Source: an uncultured Gammaproteobacteria bacterium (GTDB lineage Bacteria > Patescibacteriota > Microgenomatia > UBA12405). From it: a stretch of 44,535 nt of DNA. The DNA lies in assembly GCA_964448465.1 (NCBI GenBank), contig CAYUVY010000005.1, forward strand, positions 2,105-46,639. Direction: 5' to 3'. Under the pieces are notes generated by a model that ran no database searches, was not told the DNA's origin, and saw only the letters and a list, made by a program, of their open reading frames with translations. Position numbers and translations under genes: made by a program. This document shows positions 18,370 to 28,865 of the stretch, in pieces (within the stretch, counting starts at the first letter, position 1; each line of letters begins with the position of its first letter).

Positions 18370-19311
18370 ATGTTAGTCGATGATGTAGCCATTCAAATTA
18401 AAGCCGGCAACGGTGGTAAGGGCTTTTTACACTTCTTGCGCACTCGCAATGCTCCCAAAGGTGGACCCGATGGTGGAGACGGTAGTAATGGTGGCAATAT
18501 CTATTTTCAGGCCGTTTCCGATATCACCAAGTTAAGTCAATTTCGCTATGCCAAAAAATTCAAGGCACCCAATGGTATGCAAGGCGAAGAAAACAACCGT
18601 CGACCCAAAGATGGGGAAGATCTAATTTTAGAAATACCCGTAGGTACCGTAGTTTCTTATGATAATGGCACGGGCTATGAGATGACTGAAGTAGGTCAAA
18701 AAATTATGGCTGCCCGTGGAGGAACAGGTGGTTGGGGTAATTCTCACTTTAAGGCTCCAGATAATACTACCCCCATGGAAACAACACCCGGTTTTCTTAC
18801 AGAAATCAAAAATATTCATCTTACCTTAAAACTAATTGCCGATATTGGTCTTATTGGTTTACCTAATGCTGGCAAGAGTTCTCTCTTAAACGAGTTAACC
18901 CGGGCTCACGCTAGAGTTGCCAATTACCCCTTTACCACCCTAGAACCTAATTTGGGCGTTACCATCACCGACAAGGTCTTAGCCGACATCCCTGGGCTTA
19001 TTGAGGGGGCCAATTTGGGCAAAGGGTTAGGAGCCAAATTCTTAAAACATATTGAGCGCACCAAGCTTCTGGTACATTGTGTCAGTTGTGAAAACGAGGA
19101 TGTGCAAAAAGCCTACCAAACCGTGCGCAAAGAACTCTCCGACTACAGCAGTCAGTTGGCCAGTAAACCCGAATTAATTCTTTTGACCAAGTCCGACCTG
19201 TGCAACGAAAAAGAATTAAAAATCAAAGTTAAAGAACTCAAACCAGATTTAGTTGTCTCCATACTCGATGAAAATAGTCTTAAACAATTACTCAAGCTTT
19301 TTTCGAAGTAG
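18370..19311 (+). CDS. obg: GTPase Obg/CgtA (short form, no C-terminal extension)
   Basis: Gly-rich Obg fold (KAGNGGKG...GGPDGGDGSNGGNIYF), G1 GLPNAGKSSLL, G3 DIPGLIEGA and G4 TKSD. TAAAAT at 18359-18364 lies 5 nt before the ATG. Confidence 0.9.
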   Translation: MLVDDVAIQIKAGNGGKGFLHFLRTRNAPKGGPDGGDGSNGGNIYFQAVSDITKLSQFRYAKKFKAPNGMQGEENNRRPKDGEDLILEIPVGTVVSYDNGTGYEMTEVGQKIMAARGGTGGWGNSHFKAPDNTTPMETTPGFLTEIKNIHLTLKLIADIGLIGLPNAGKSSLLNELTRAHARVANYPFTTLEPNLGVTITDKVLADIPGLIEGANLGKGLGAKFLKHIERTKLLVHCVSCENEDVQKAYQTVRKELSDYSSQLASKPELILLTKSDLCNEKELKIKVKELKPDLVVSILDENSLKQLLKLFSK

Positions 19312-19744
19312 TTTCCGTAGCCATCACCGCATTTTTTACTTTTTCCCAGTCTTTCTTAAGATATTCACTTAGTTTAACTACGCTACCCTTGGTTGTAGTG
19401 ATATCGCTTTTTAGGTCGTTGGCCACATTATCCACGATTTTAAAATATTTTTCTTTATCAAGCTCTTTGCCGGTTTTTTTTAAATCAGCAACTCGCGAAA
19501 ACACTTCTCTGCGCACTGTTTTATAAAGTAATCTTGCCTTTTTTGTACTCTTACCAAAAATCGCAATCACTCTTTTTTCCGATTCTTTGGTGGTATGTCG
19601 CAAGTCCTTGGCAATTGTGTCTACCACTCTAATTACATCTTCTCTCGTTTCTTTGCCTGATTTTGGAGCCATTAATAAACCTGCCAAAGCGCCAAGCCCT
19701 GCAGCTAGTAACCCGGTGAAGAAAAAACCATCTTTTTTAGACAT
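19292..19744 (-). CDS. YtxH-like protein
   Basis: N-terminal GFFFTGLLAAGLGALAGLLMAPKSGKETREDV is the YtxH signature, and the rest is helical. Its 3' end overlaps the obg 3' end by 20 nt. Confidence 0.6.
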   Translation of the reverse strand: MSKKDGFFFTGLLAAGLGALAGLLMAPKSGKETREDVIRVVDTIAKDLRHTTKESEKRVIAIFGKSTKKARLLYKTVRREVFSRVADLKKTGKELDKEKYFKIVDNVANDLKSDITTTKGSVVKLSEYLKKDWEKVKNAVMATETTSKKA

Positions 19745-19752
19745 GTTAGAGT

Positions 19753-20571
19753 CTAGTTGGTTTTAGGCACACTTGTCAACAAGTCAAATAAGCCTTTATC
19801 CAATTGCCAAAATTCACCTTTGACTTTAGCCACATAAATTACTTGCTTATTTTTTATCCCAATACCAACTTCGTAATTACTAGTTTCATTTTCCGACTTG
19901 ATTTCCACGCTTACCAAGGGCTGCCAATTATCTAAAATTGTACCAACATACCCAGTAGTCTCCAAATACGCCAATTTATTTACCAAGTCTTTCTCTTTCC
20001 AAGCACCGTTTTCGGGGCTAATCTTGATTACATGTGCTCCATATTTTAGGTTTATTTCTTTAATTTGAAAAACAGATATATTGTTAATAAATCTAATTTT
20101 CCAATATTCCGGTTTTACCAAATCTTTAGTGCCCCAAACAGACTTAATCAAATAAACTTTATTTTCATCTCCTGGTTTAACATAAGTTGATTCCAAATCA
20201 TCACCCAGATTACCCAACACTAATTCTTGGCCATTTACCATAATTTTTGCCGAACTAGTGGCAATTCCAAGATCAGCAAATCTTTCTGGGTTATTAGAAA
20301 CTACGTCAATTAAGGTCAATTCCGACAAATCTTTAACAAATTTATTAACAATATTTTCTTCTGCCGGATTTTGTATATTTTTCTCACTCCACCACCAGCG
20401 TCCAATCTTGTTTTCTAAGCAAATTTCACTCACGCAAAACTTGTATATTTCTCCTTTTACCCAAGTGGCGGCTGGTTTATTGCTCTGGATCTTTTGAAAC
20501 ACTAAAAATCCAATAACTAGTATCACCAAAATTCCACTTACCCAATATGCTTTATCTGACTTGGTAAACAT
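19753..20571 (-). CDS. DUF4340-like protein (membrane-anchored partner of GldG-like proteins)
   Basis: One N-terminal TM segment and a beta-rich body, overlapping the GldG-like gene by 20 nt. The assignment rests mainly on this typical gene context. Confidence 0.4.
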   Translation of the reverse strand: MFTKSDKAYWVSGILVILVIGFLVFQKIQSNKPAATWVKGEIYKFCVSEICLENKIGRWWWSEKNIQNPAEENIVNKFVKDLSELTLIDVVSNNPERFADLGIATSSAKIMVNGQELVLGNLGDDLESTYVKPGDENKVYLIKSVWGTKDLVKPEYWKIRFINNISVFQIKEINLKYGAHVIKISPENGAWKEKDLVNKLAYLETTGYVGTILDNWQPLVSVEIKSENETSNYEVGIGIKNKQVIYVAKVKGEFWQLDKGLFDLLTSVPKTN

Positions 20572-22027
20572 TTTCCTTTTTTTTGGCTAATTGATTACGA
20601 TAAACCCCAATTGCTAAATAAAACAAGGCCAACAAGAGCACGGGCAACCCAATACCTAAGTATCTAAACATCACTCTGGCTTGATCAGATATTTGTCTTA
20701 GGTTTGGTAAATAAATTTGTTTACCTCTAATCGTGCTCAAGGACTCGTCGGCCCGTGCCAAATCAATCAAGTTAAGAGAAAAAGCCAAGTTTTGTTGATT
20801 GTTCATCACAAATTGGTCTTTCAAAAAGTCTGCATCAGCTACCAAAATAATTTTGGGGTCCGACTTACTCATTGCGGCTAAAACAAATTCTCCTCTCTCT
20901 TCCGTTGGTCTTGCTACTTGATTTGTTGGATTTAAGCTATCCGTATCCTTTGCCTTCCAGGCCTGATTCGAAGTTTTTATTAAAGTAATATTGTCAACAC
21001 TTTTTATCGACCCAGTCCACGGCAAAACCACGCCAGATAAAGACGAAATCGCCGCAACGGTTCTATTGATTCCCTCACCTCCAATCTTTGGCCAGTATGG
21101 GTAGCGTACAACGAAACTTCCCTTGCCAGTATCAAAATTCGCCACTGCCCCATTTTCTTCTTCTATAAAACCACTATCCAGTTCCAAGCCTTTACTTGCC
21201 AATAGTTTCTCCAGACCACTTTCAACTTTTTTTATTCCCAAATATTCATCCACCGTATTTGTATCTTGCAAAACAATTAGTGGTTTATTACTTTTTAGCC
21301 AGCCTTCCACCAAAGCAATTGCCGAATCTTTGTACTTTGCCTTGGGCCCTGCAATTAAAAGCACCGTCGCCACGGCATCCAGATCCTTGGTCGAATTTAA
21401 ATCAACTTTTTTAACCGTATAGTCGGCATTTAAATATTGATAAAACAAACTAGCTTCATTCTGAGTTACTTCCCCATTACCATCGGCTACTAAGACTAAT
21501 GGTAAAACTGGACTTGTTAACTTCTGTATCTTGGATACTAGTAAATATTCCAAATTACCAATATCACTAATAATTGGTACCACCTCCTGTTTTTGACCAT
21601 AGCGAATAACCATACCAAAATAACCAGTCTGCACTTGGTATTTATCCGATCCAACCGTAGAAAACTGTAGGGGTTGAATACCGGCCTTATTGGCTTCATC
21701 TAGTGCCACAGGATTTGTGTTTGGATCTTGGTAAACCACCTTCAGCTTATTTGTGTCAATCTTAGCAAAATGTTCCATTATCGGCGCCAAATTCTTAGTT
21801 AGGGGTTTAACTTGTTCCGGTAAACTTTGAGTAGCATAAATAGTCACAGTTACTAAATCGGGCAAGTTCTTTACTACTTTTATCGAAGCAGGAGATAAGC
21901 TATTAATCTTGTTAATACTCAAATCTAGCCCGACCCTCGGGCTTATAATCGCCAAAATAACTAATCCTACTAAAAATACTAAAATATTAAAACTGGTAAA
22001 AATATAATTTATTTTATCTTTAAGCAT
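20552..22027 (-). CDS. GldG-like ABC-transporter auxiliary protein
   Basis: 491 aa with an N-terminal and a C-terminal TM segment flanking a large periplasmic-type domain. It lies directly downstream of ABC-2 permease and ATPase genes (8-nt overlap). Confidence 0.6.
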   Translation of the reverse strand: MLKDKINYIFTSFNILVFLVGLVILAIISPRVGLDLSINKINSLSPASIKVVKNLPDLVTVTIYATQSLPEQVKPLTKNLAPIMEHFAKIDTNKLKVVYQDPNTNPVALDEANKAGIQPLQFSTVGSDKYQVQTGYFGMVIRYGQKQEVVPIISDIGNLEYLLVSKIQKLTSPVLPLVLVADGNGEVTQNEASLFYQYLNADYTVKKVDLNSTKDLDAVATVLLIAGPKAKYKDSAIALVEGWLKSNKPLIVLQDTNTVDEYLGIKKVESGLEKLLASKGLELDSGFIEEENGAVANFDTGKGSFVVRYPYWPKIGGEGINRTVAAISSLSGVVLPWTGSIKSVDNITLIKTSNQAWKAKDTDSLNPTNQVARPTEERGEFVLAAMSKSDPKIILVADADFLKDQFVMNNQQNLAFSLNLIDLARADESLSTIRGKQIYLPNLRQISDQARVMFRYLGIGLPVLLLALFYLAIGVYRNQLAKKKENVYQVR

Positions 22028-22733
22028 GTCGTGTTTTCAGGCTCAAAACCGATAAACATAAAAAGACAACCACAGATACCATCAAGATTACGCTAGCTTG
22101 TATTGAGACATAACCGGAAAAAAATTCTACCATCAACCTGTTCCAGGACAACTTTTCCAGATAAAAAGCAATGCTGTTGGGCAATCTACTTAAAAACTGA
22201 TCTTGTCCAACCAGGTTAGATAACATCAAAATGGTGGCGCTTATTACAAAGGCAATTACACTTTGGTTACTTAAACTAGAACCAAAAATAGATAGACTTA
22301 TGTAAACCCCAGATATTAAGACTACTCCAGCAAGCGTTGCTACCAACAATCCCCAGTCTGGTTTTCCCAGTAGCCCAATTATTAATGCGTTTGGTGCTAA
22401 GCATAGTATATAAACGGCAATACTCATCCAAGCTCCCAAAAATTTACCCAAAACCAATTGCACTTCGTTTACCGGCAAAGTGAGTAAGACCTCCCAGGTT
22501 CCTTGTTTTTTTTCTTCTGCCAGGCTTCCCATTAACAAGGCCGGAATAAATATAGTTAATAAAAACACAAAACTGGTCAGTAGGGCTTCCAAGCTAGCCA
22601 CGTTAGACAAAAAAATATTCTGCCAAAACAGCCAAGACGAAACTAACAGTAAAATAAAACCAAAAATAAAACCAATTGGATTATATAAATAATTCCCAAA
22701 TTCCTTTTTTGCAATTATCAGTATTTTGTTCAT
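22020..22733 (-). CDS. ABC-2 permease (GldF-like)
   Basis: Six hydrophobic helices, with a 4-nt overlap on the ATPase gene. Confidence 0.65.
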   Translation of the reverse strand: MNKILIIAKKEFGNYLYNPIGFIFGFILLLVSSWLFWQNIFLSNVASLEALLTSFVFLLTIFIPALLMGSLAEEKKQGTWEVLLTLPVNEVQLVLGKFLGAWMSIAVYILCLAPNALIIGLLGKPDWGLLVATLAGVVLISGVYISLSIFGSSLSNQSVIAFVISATILMLSNLVGQDQFLSRLPNSIAFYLEKLSWNRLMVEFFSGYVSIQASVILMVSVVVFLCLSVLSLKTRHA

Positions 22734-23416
22734 GCAGTTAGTTCCACAAACTTTTTTTCCAAATTTTTAACTTTGCTCATTTCTCCCTTAAATACTATTT
22801 TTCCTCTATTAATAATGTAAAGAGTTTTGCACATAGCTTTGGCTTCTGGCAAAATATGCGTGGATAATAAAATCGATTTTTTCTTACCCAGTTTTTTAAT
22901 TAATTCCCGTACCTCTAAAGCCTGGTTAGGATCCAAGCCTGAAGTGGGTTCATCTAATATTAATATTTCTGGCTCTCCCAACAAGGCTGCAGCTAAACCT
23001 ACTCTCTGCTTATAACCCTTAGATAAGGTCTCAATCTTTTTGTTAAGTACTTCTACCAGTCCACACTCTTCTACTACTCCTCTGATTTGTCCAGACAAAC
23101 TAGTTACTGATTTTAAACTAGCTACATATTCCAAATATTCTATTACTTTCATATAACCGTACAACGGATTGTTCTCCGGTAAATATCCAATCTTTTGCTT
23201 ATACATTGAATGCTGAGTGTTTACCATCTTATCCAAATACAAAACACTGCCAGTATTAGGAGTCAAAAACCCAGTCAATATACGCATTAAAGTTGTCTTA
23301 CCAGCTCCGTTTGGTCCCAGCAAGGCCACAACTTGTCCCTTTTTCAATTCCATCTCCACCCCATCCAAAGCAGTTACTATCCCAAACTTTTTAATTAGAT
23401 TAATAGTCTTTAACAT
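22730..23416 (-). CDS. ABC transporter ATP-binding protein (GldA-like)
   Basis: Walker A GPNGAGKTTLM, signature LSKGYKQRV, Walker B LILDEPTSGLD and H-loop STHIL. Confidence 0.85.
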   Translation of the reverse strand: MLKTINLIKKFGIVTALDGVEMELKKGQVVALLGPNGAGKTTLMRILTGFLTPNTGSVLYLDKMVNTQHSMYKQKIGYLPENNPLYGYMKVIEYLEYVASLKSVTSLSGQIRGVVEECGLVEVLNKKIETLSKGYKQRVGLAAALLGEPEILILDEPTSGLDPNQALEVRELIKKLGKKKSILLSTHILPEAKAMCKTLYIINRGKIVFKGEMSKVKNLEKKFVELTA

Positions 23417-23477
23417 GATCTTAATAATATACTACAAATATTTAATAACTAGTCAACTGATCTACTTGTCAACTTTT

Positions 23478-24371
23478 TTATAGCTCTATGTTTTCCATCC
23501 AGTGTCTGTCCGTTTCGACTCGTAGTTCCAAAAATACTTTTCTGGCACTCATCAACTCCAATTCTTTTCTGGCTTGGCTACCAATTTGTCTTATCTTTTT
23601 AGCCCCAGCACCAATAATCATTCTTTTATAGCGATCCGCTGTTGTAAACAAAACAGCTTTAATCACAATAATATTGGCCTTGTCTTCAATACTTTCAACC
23701 TTTACGTTTACTGAATAAGGTACCTCACGGCGCAGATTCAAATATGCCTTTTCTCGGATTAGCTCACTTACGTATTCGTAAGAATCAATACTGATTTTTG
23801 GCCCTTCACCTAAGCCATTTTCCTCCATAAATTTCTTTACATCTTCTTCTTCCACTTCTGGAAGATATTCAAAAATTACTTCCAAGAGATGCTTTTTGTG
23901 TGTACCCTTTAAGGCCGACATCCTTACTACCGAATCAAATTCGCTTTCCAAATAAGAATATTCAGGAGTATGGTCCGATCTGCCAATCGCCTCGTCAATT
24001 TTGTTATATACTAAAACCTTTTTGGCCTTCACGTTACGCACAATCCCTACCACTTTGTTGTCTTCCTCATTTTTAGGTCGAGAAATATCTACCACACAGA
24101 CCACAACATCCACCCCTCCTAGTGACTTAGGAGCCTCAGCGTTAACCTTTCTACCTATCAAGTCTTCTACTTTGCTAAATACTCCCGGCGTATCCCACAA
24201 TAAAAATTTGCCCACTTCATCTTGGTACAAAACTTGCAAATTTCGACGTGTTGTTTGGGGTAGGGGAGAGGTAATACTGACCTTCTGGTTCATCAAGGTA
24301 TTAATCAAGGTAGACTTGCCTGTATTAGGTCTACCCAGAAGCACTACTTTACCAAATTTTATTTTACTCAT
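23478..24371 (-). CDS. era: GTPase Era
   Basis: G1 GRPNTGKSTLIN, G3 WDTPGV, G4 NKID and a C-terminal KH domain (VESIEDKANIIVIKAVLFT...KRMIIGAGAKKIRQIG). TAGAAT lies 6 nt upstream of the ATG. Confidence 0.9.
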   Translation of the reverse strand: MSKIKFGKVVLLGRPNTGKSTLINTLMNQKVSITSPLPQTTRRNLQVLYQDEVGKFLLWDTPGVFSKVEDLIGRKVNAEAPKSLGGVDVVVCVVDISRPKNEEDNKVVGIVRNVKAKKVLVYNKIDEAIGRSDHTPEYSYLESEFDSVVRMSALKGTHKKHLLEVIFEYLPEVEEEDVKKFMEENGLGEGPKISIDSYEYVSELIREKAYLNLRREVPYSVNVKVESIEDKANIIVIKAVLFTTADRYKRMIIGAGAKKIRQIGSQARKELELMSARKVFLELRVETDRHWMENIEL

Positions 24372-24393
24372 GTCTCTATTCTAACATCCCCCC

Positions 24394-24423
24394 TTGACAC
24401 TTTAGCAATGATACTGCTAGACT
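24394..24423 (+). promoter_or_regulatory. Putative lon promoter (TTGACA-N18-TAGACT)
   Basis: A perfect -35, TTGACA, at 24394-24399. TAGACT at 24418-24423. The ATG is at 24433. Confidence 0.45.
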
Positions 24424-24428
24424 GCTAA
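24402..24428. promoter_or_regulatory. CIRCE-like inverted repeat (possible HrcA operator)
   Basis: TTAGCAATG-N9-GACTGCTAA, compared with the CIRCE consensus TTAGCACTC-N9-GAGTGCTAA. The arms match 7/9 and 8/9. It spans the spacer and the -10 of the lon promoter. Confidence 0.45.
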
Positions 24429-24432
24429 AACT

Positions 24433-26817
24433 ATGACTGAAACTATCATTATTCCCCCCGCAAATAAAACTCTCGAAACAATTAAAAAAATCCTTCCAAT
24501 TGTGCCACTTCGCAACGTGGTTCTTTTTCCTTCTGTGGACACCTCAATTTTTGTTGGTCGAAAACAATCTTCTCGTGCAATTATGGAAGGATACGATAAA
24601 TATAATAAACTAGTTATTGTCACTACTCAGCGAAATCCCAAAACCGAAAACCCCCAAATGGCTGATCTATATAGCGTTGGAGTACTTTCTCGCATTGAGC
24701 ATATTTTGCAAACTGATGGTAGTCTCCATGCCATTGTGCACGGAATTTCTCGTGTCAACATCGTTAAGATTAATCAATATGAGCCATTTATGACTGCCGA
24801 ATTTGTGGATTTACCTCAAATATCTGAGTCTGTCACCGACATTCAGCAATCTGCTGATGCATTGTTGAGCCAATTGAAAAAAGCTTTTGCTATGGGTCGC
24901 CAGTTTGATCTTCCGGCCGTCATGCAACTGGGAACCGGAGTCTCTTCTAGTGATTTAGCTGACCAGGTCGCTTTTGCCGTGGAAGGAAAATTATCCGAAA
25001 AACAAGCAATATTAGAAACACTATTGGTCAGCCAACGCATCAAAGTCGCTACTGAACTATTAATTCGAGAAATGAAAGTAGCCGAGCTAGAAAAAGACAT
25101 TGAGGCCAAGACCCAGGAAAAATTCAATACCGGCATGAAGCGCAATATACTAGAAGAAAGAAAGCACCAAATAGAAAAAGAACTAAAACGTTTGGGCAAG
25201 TCCTCTGGCGATAAAGACAGTGATGCCAACGAACTAGCTACTAAATTGAAAAAAGCTAAAATGCCACCTGAGTTAAAGAAAAAAGCCCTTAAGGAGCTCA
25301 ATCGCCTGGAGGAAATGGGCTCCATGGCTCCGGAATCTAGCTATATTCGAACCTACTTAGAAACACTTGTCGATCTTCCTTGGGGTAAGTATACAAAGGA
25401 TAACTTAGACCTCAAAAAAGCCGAAAAAATTTTAAATGACGATCATTACGGCTTACAAGAAGTCAAAGAAAGAATTCTGGAATATTTGGCTGTTATGAAC
25501 CTCCGAGGCAAACAGAAAGAGAACGGAGAGCACCACAATACCAACATCTTGTGCTTTATTGGTCCTCCGGGCGTAGGTAAAACCTCCTTAGGAAAATCTA
25601 TTGCCAAGGCTTTGGGACGTGAATTTGTAAGAATATCATTGGGTGGCGTACGCGATGAAGCCGAGATTCGTGGCCATCGTCGCACTTATGTGGGCGCTAT
25701 GCCCGGTCGGATTATTAAGGGTCTAAAAGATGCTAAATCTTTCAACCCGGTTTTTATGCTAGATGAAATCGATAAACTTGCCTCTGACTATCGTGGCGAT
25801 CCAGCCTCAGCTCTTCTGGAAACTCTCGATCCCGAGCAAAACAAAGAATTTACCGATCATTACATCGATTCTCCGGTGGATCTTTCCAAAGTTTTCTTTA
25901 TTCTCACCGGTAACGATTTGGCCGGATTGCCTGGTCCACTTTTAGATCGTGTGGAAGTCATCGACTTTACTGGTTATACCCTAGAAGAAAAATTTCATAT
26001 CGCCAAAAAATATTTGTTACCAAAGCAACTTAGCTCCAATGGCTTAGTCGCCAAAGATGTTGGTGTCTTCAAAGACGATACTATTCGCTATTTAACCGAA
26101 AAATATACTCGTGAAGCAGGAGTCCGTAATCTGGAAAGATTATTAGCCAAATTATTTCGAAAAGTCGCCAAACAAATTGTCACCAAGGCAGACAAGGTGG
26201 AAATAAACAATACTAAAGTTGTTCAAAAACTGCTTGGACCAGAACGTTACTCTTCCCCTGTTAAAGGCAAAAAAGATGAAGTAGGTATTTCTACTGGCTT
26301 AGCCTGGACTTCCGTGGGCGGAGACGTTTTATTTATCGAAACCAACATTATGAAAGGTCGTGGCAGTCTAATTCTTACTGGCAAATTGGGCACAGTCATG
26401 AAAGAGTCTTGTCAAGCTGCGGTTTCCTACATTCGTAGCCAAGCCGATAAGTTTGGTATCACTCAAGACTTTCATAAAACCGATATTCATATCCATTTTC
26501 CCGAAGGAGCCACACCCAAAGATGGCCCTTCTGCTGGCTGTGCCATTACCACTTCTTTAATTTCAGCTCTAAAAAATGTCCCAATTCCCAAAGACATAGC
26601 CATGACCGGAGAGATTACTATTCGCGGTAATGTTTTACCTATTGGTGGACTCAAAGAAAAAACTATTGCAGCTCACCGTGCCGGTATTAAAACTCTAATC
26701 ATTCCCAAAGAAAATGAAAAGAATATGGTGGATGTTCCCGAGGAAGTACAAAAAGATATCAAGTTTATCTTTGCCGAGCATTACTCCGAAATCTATAAAA
26801 TAATCTTCAAAAAATAG
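24433..26817 (+). CDS. lon: ATP-dependent Lon protease
   Basis: Lon N-domain ([13 protein letters not shown]), AAA+ Walker [16 protein letters not shown], Walker B FMLDEIDK, and a protease domain with KDGPSAG (catalytic Ser) and a downstream Lys region. 794 aa. Confidence 0.95.
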   Translation: MTETIIIPPANKTLETIKKILPIVPLRNVVLFPSVDTSIFVGRKQSSRAIMEGYDKYNKLVIVTTQRNPKTENPQMADLYSVGVLSRIEHILQTDGSLHAIVHGISRVNIVKINQYEPFMTAEFVDLPQISESVTDIQQSADALLSQLKKAFAMGRQFDLPAVMQLGTGVSSSDLADQVAFAVEGKLSEKQAILETLLVSQRIKVATELLIREMKVAELEKDIEAKTQEKFNTGMKRNILEERKHQIEKELKRLGKSSGDKDSDANELATKLKKAKMPPELKKKALKELNRLEEMGSMAPESSYIRTYLETLVDLPWGKYTKDNLDLKKAEKILNDDHYGLQEVKERILEYLAVMNLRGKQKENGEHHNTNILCFIGPPGVGKTSLGKSIAKALGREFVRISLGGVRDEAEIRGHRRTYVGAMPGRIIKGLKDAKSFNPVFMLDEIDKLASDYRGDPASALLETLDPEQNKEFTDHYIDSPVDLSKVFFILTGNDLAGLPGPLLDRVEVIDFTGYTLEEKFHIAKKYLLPKQLSSNGLVAKDVGVFKDDTIRYLTEKYTREAGVRNLERLLAKLFRKVAKQIVTKADKVEINNTKVVQKLLGPERYSSPVKGKKDEVGISTGLAWTSVGGDVLFIETNIMKGRGSLILTGKLGTVMKESCQAAVSYIRSQADKFGITQDFHKTDIHIHFPEGATPKDGPSAGCAITTSLISALKNVPIPKDIAMTGEITIRGNVLPIGGLKEKTIAAHRAGIKTLIIPKENEKNMVDVPEEVQKDIKFIFAEHYSEIYKIIFKK

Positions 26818-26819
26818 GC

Positions 26820-28532
26820 CTACAACTTTTCAATTGCAGTTATTCCCAATAACTGCAATAAAATAGCCAAGACTTCTTTTGTTTTTGTTGTCAGATAAAT
26901 TCTCCGTGCTGATTTTGGATTATTCAAAATTGGCAAACTACCATACATTTGGCTAAAACTTCTAGCCACTTCCAGGGCATAAGTTGCCAACACACTGGGC
27001 GCATATCTCTCGGCTGCTTCTAAAATTTTTGATTCCAAACATAACAATTTGTTAACCAACTCCATTTCCACTGGTTTTTGGTCTTTCCAGTCCAACCCAA
27101 CTTCCTCTTTATTTTCTTTGGCTTTTTCCATTAAACTTACACATCTGGCATAAGCATATTGTAAGTAAGGACCAGAGTCTCCTTCCAAACTCATAATTCT
27201 CTCCCAGTCAAAAATAATATCCCTCTTTGGCTCTGAAGATAAATCTGTAAACTTAATTGCCCCAATTGCCAATTGGTCTATGACTTCTTGCTTATCTTCA
27301 CTTTTGCTTCTACTAATTTCTGCCGATTCCACAACTTTTTTTGCTTCTAGTCGAGCCCTATCAATAATTTCAGAGAGATGGATAGTTTCACCTTTTCTTG
27401 TAGAAAATTTCCTATCTTTCCATCGAATCATTCCATGAGCCACATGAACCATTCCGTATTTTGGCATGTACCCCAATATTCTGGATGTTTCGAATACTTG
27501 TTTTAAGTGAAGTGTTTGGTCCGCTCCCACTTCGTAAATAACCAAATCAGGGTTCCATTTTCTTTTGCGATACAAAGCTGTTGCCAGATCGCGGGTAAAA
27601 TAAATAGTAGTTCCATTACTCTTTATTAATATGGCGGGGGGCATGCTGGGAAATTCAATTATCCAGGCTCCACCCTCGCCAATTTTAGCCAACTTTTTCT
27701 CTTTACAAACGTCAATCACTTCCTGCATCTTATCTTCATAGAAAGATTCGCCATTGACCACATCTATTTTGACTTTTAATAGGTCATACATTTTATTGTG
27801 TTCCTTCATGGAAACATCTATACAAAGTTGCCAAATTCTTCTTGCTTCTGCATCTCCCTTCTCCAACTTGGCAAACCATTCTCTTCCTTCTTCCACTAAT
27901 TTTTCGTCAACTTCTGCTTTTTTATGAAATTCTACATATAACCTTTCCAACTCTTCAATTGTCAAATCCTCAACTGGCTTAGTGTTAAATTTTTTAATTG
28001 CCACAATTAGCTTTCCAAACTGTGTGCCCCAATCTCCAATATGGTTATCTCCAATAGTTTTCCAACCTAAAATTTTATATATATTATAAATTGCTTGACC
28101 AATATTAGTAGAACGCAAGTGGCCAATCCCAAAAGGTTTGGCAATATTTGGCGCTGAATAATCAATGACCATGGTTTTGCCTTTACCATTGGCCGCAATT
28201 TCTTTTAAAAAAGCCGAAGTTGCCAATTTGTCTAACTGTGCAAGTTTGAATTTTTGTTTTAAATAAATATTTATAAAACCAGGTCCAGCTACTTCCACCT
28301 TTTCAATAATTTCGTCTACTAGTTCACCTTTAATTTCCTCCGCCAAGTCTTTGGGATTTTTCTTTAAACTTTTTGCCAAAAGCATGGCAATGTTCGTACT
28401 ATAATCACCAAATTGATATTCTTTGTTGGTTTCTACTTTGACTTGGTCTGTGGGCATTTTCAGTTTCACCAAAGCAACAGAAACTGCTTTTTCCAAGCTG
28501 GCAATTAGATTAGTTTTATAGATTAGTTCCAT
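26820..28532 (-). CDS. argS: Arginine--tRNA ligase
   Basis: Class I landmarks PFGIGHLRS (HIGH-like) and KFSTRKG (KMSKS-like), plus an ArgRS N-terminal add-on domain and a DALR-type C-terminal domain. 570 aa. Confidence 0.92.
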   Translation of the reverse strand: MELIYKTNLIASLEKAVSVALVKLKMPTDQVKVETNKEYQFGDYSTNIAMLLAKSLKKNPKDLAEEIKGELVDEIIEKVEVAGPGFINIYLKQKFKLAQLDKLATSAFLKEIAANGKGKTMVIDYSAPNIAKPFGIGHLRSTNIGQAIYNIYKILGWKTIGDNHIGDWGTQFGKLIVAIKKFNTKPVEDLTIEELERLYVEFHKKAEVDEKLVEEGREWFAKLEKGDAEARRIWQLCIDVSMKEHNKMYDLLKVKIDVVNGESFYEDKMQEVIDVCKEKKLAKIGEGGAWIIEFPSMPPAILIKSNGTTIYFTRDLATALYRKRKWNPDLVIYEVGADQTLHLKQVFETSRILGYMPKYGMVHVAHGMIRWKDRKFSTRKGETIHLSEIIDRARLEAKKVVESAEISRSKSEDKQEVIDQLAIGAIKFTDLSSEPKRDIIFDWERIMSLEGDSGPYLQYAYARCVSLMEKAKENKEEVGLDWKDQKPVEMELVNKLLCLESKILEAAERYAPSVLATYALEVARSFSQMYGSLPILNNPKSARRIYLTTKTKEVLAILLQLLGITAIEKL

Positions 28533-28864
28533 TAGAATATTTTAGCACCAGCTGGCATATCCGTCTCGGGGATCATAATTGTAATTTTCCCCTCTACTTC
28601 TGCCGCAAAAATCATGGCCTCCGATAATTCGCCCATAATTTTTCTAGGTTCAATATTTACCACAAATGCCGTCTTTTTGTTTATTAAATCTTCAGGCGCG
28701 TAATATTTGGCAATTCCGGAAAATATAGTTTTGACACCCAACTCTTCTCCAAAATCTACCTTAAATTTCAATAATTTTTCTGACCCTTCAACCTTACCCG
28801 CTTCCACAATCTGACCCAACCTAAACTCCACCTTGGCAAAATCTTCGTATTGAATTGTGTTCAT
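28532..28864 (-). CDS. tRNA-binding domain protein (CsaA/EMAP-like OB fold)
   Basis: FAKVEFRLGQIVEAGKVEGSEKLLKFKVDFGEE...VVNIEPRKIMGELSEAMIFAAE. The ATG at 28864 sits 1 nt after the upstream stop. The ORF track's 28918 start would overlap the upstream gene. Its stop overlaps the argS ATG. Confidence 0.75.
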   Translation of the reverse strand: MNTIQYEDFAKVEFRLGQIVEAGKVEGSEKLLKFKVDFGEELGVKTIFSGIAKYYAPEDLINKKTAFVVNIEPRKIMGELSEAMIFAAEVEGKITIMIPETDMPAGAKIF

Positions 28865-28865
28865 A

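Noticed and set aside
24843-25685. Antisense ORFs inside lon (24843-25325 and 25446-25685). Similar shadow ORFs occur inside uvrB (40030-40867), comM (37458-37943), the RRM gene (9965-10483), the ALDH-NTase gene (31578-32000), and elsewhere.
   Set aside because: The sense strand carries unambiguous conserved motifs in each case. The shadow ORFs have skewed, low-complexity compositions and no start context.
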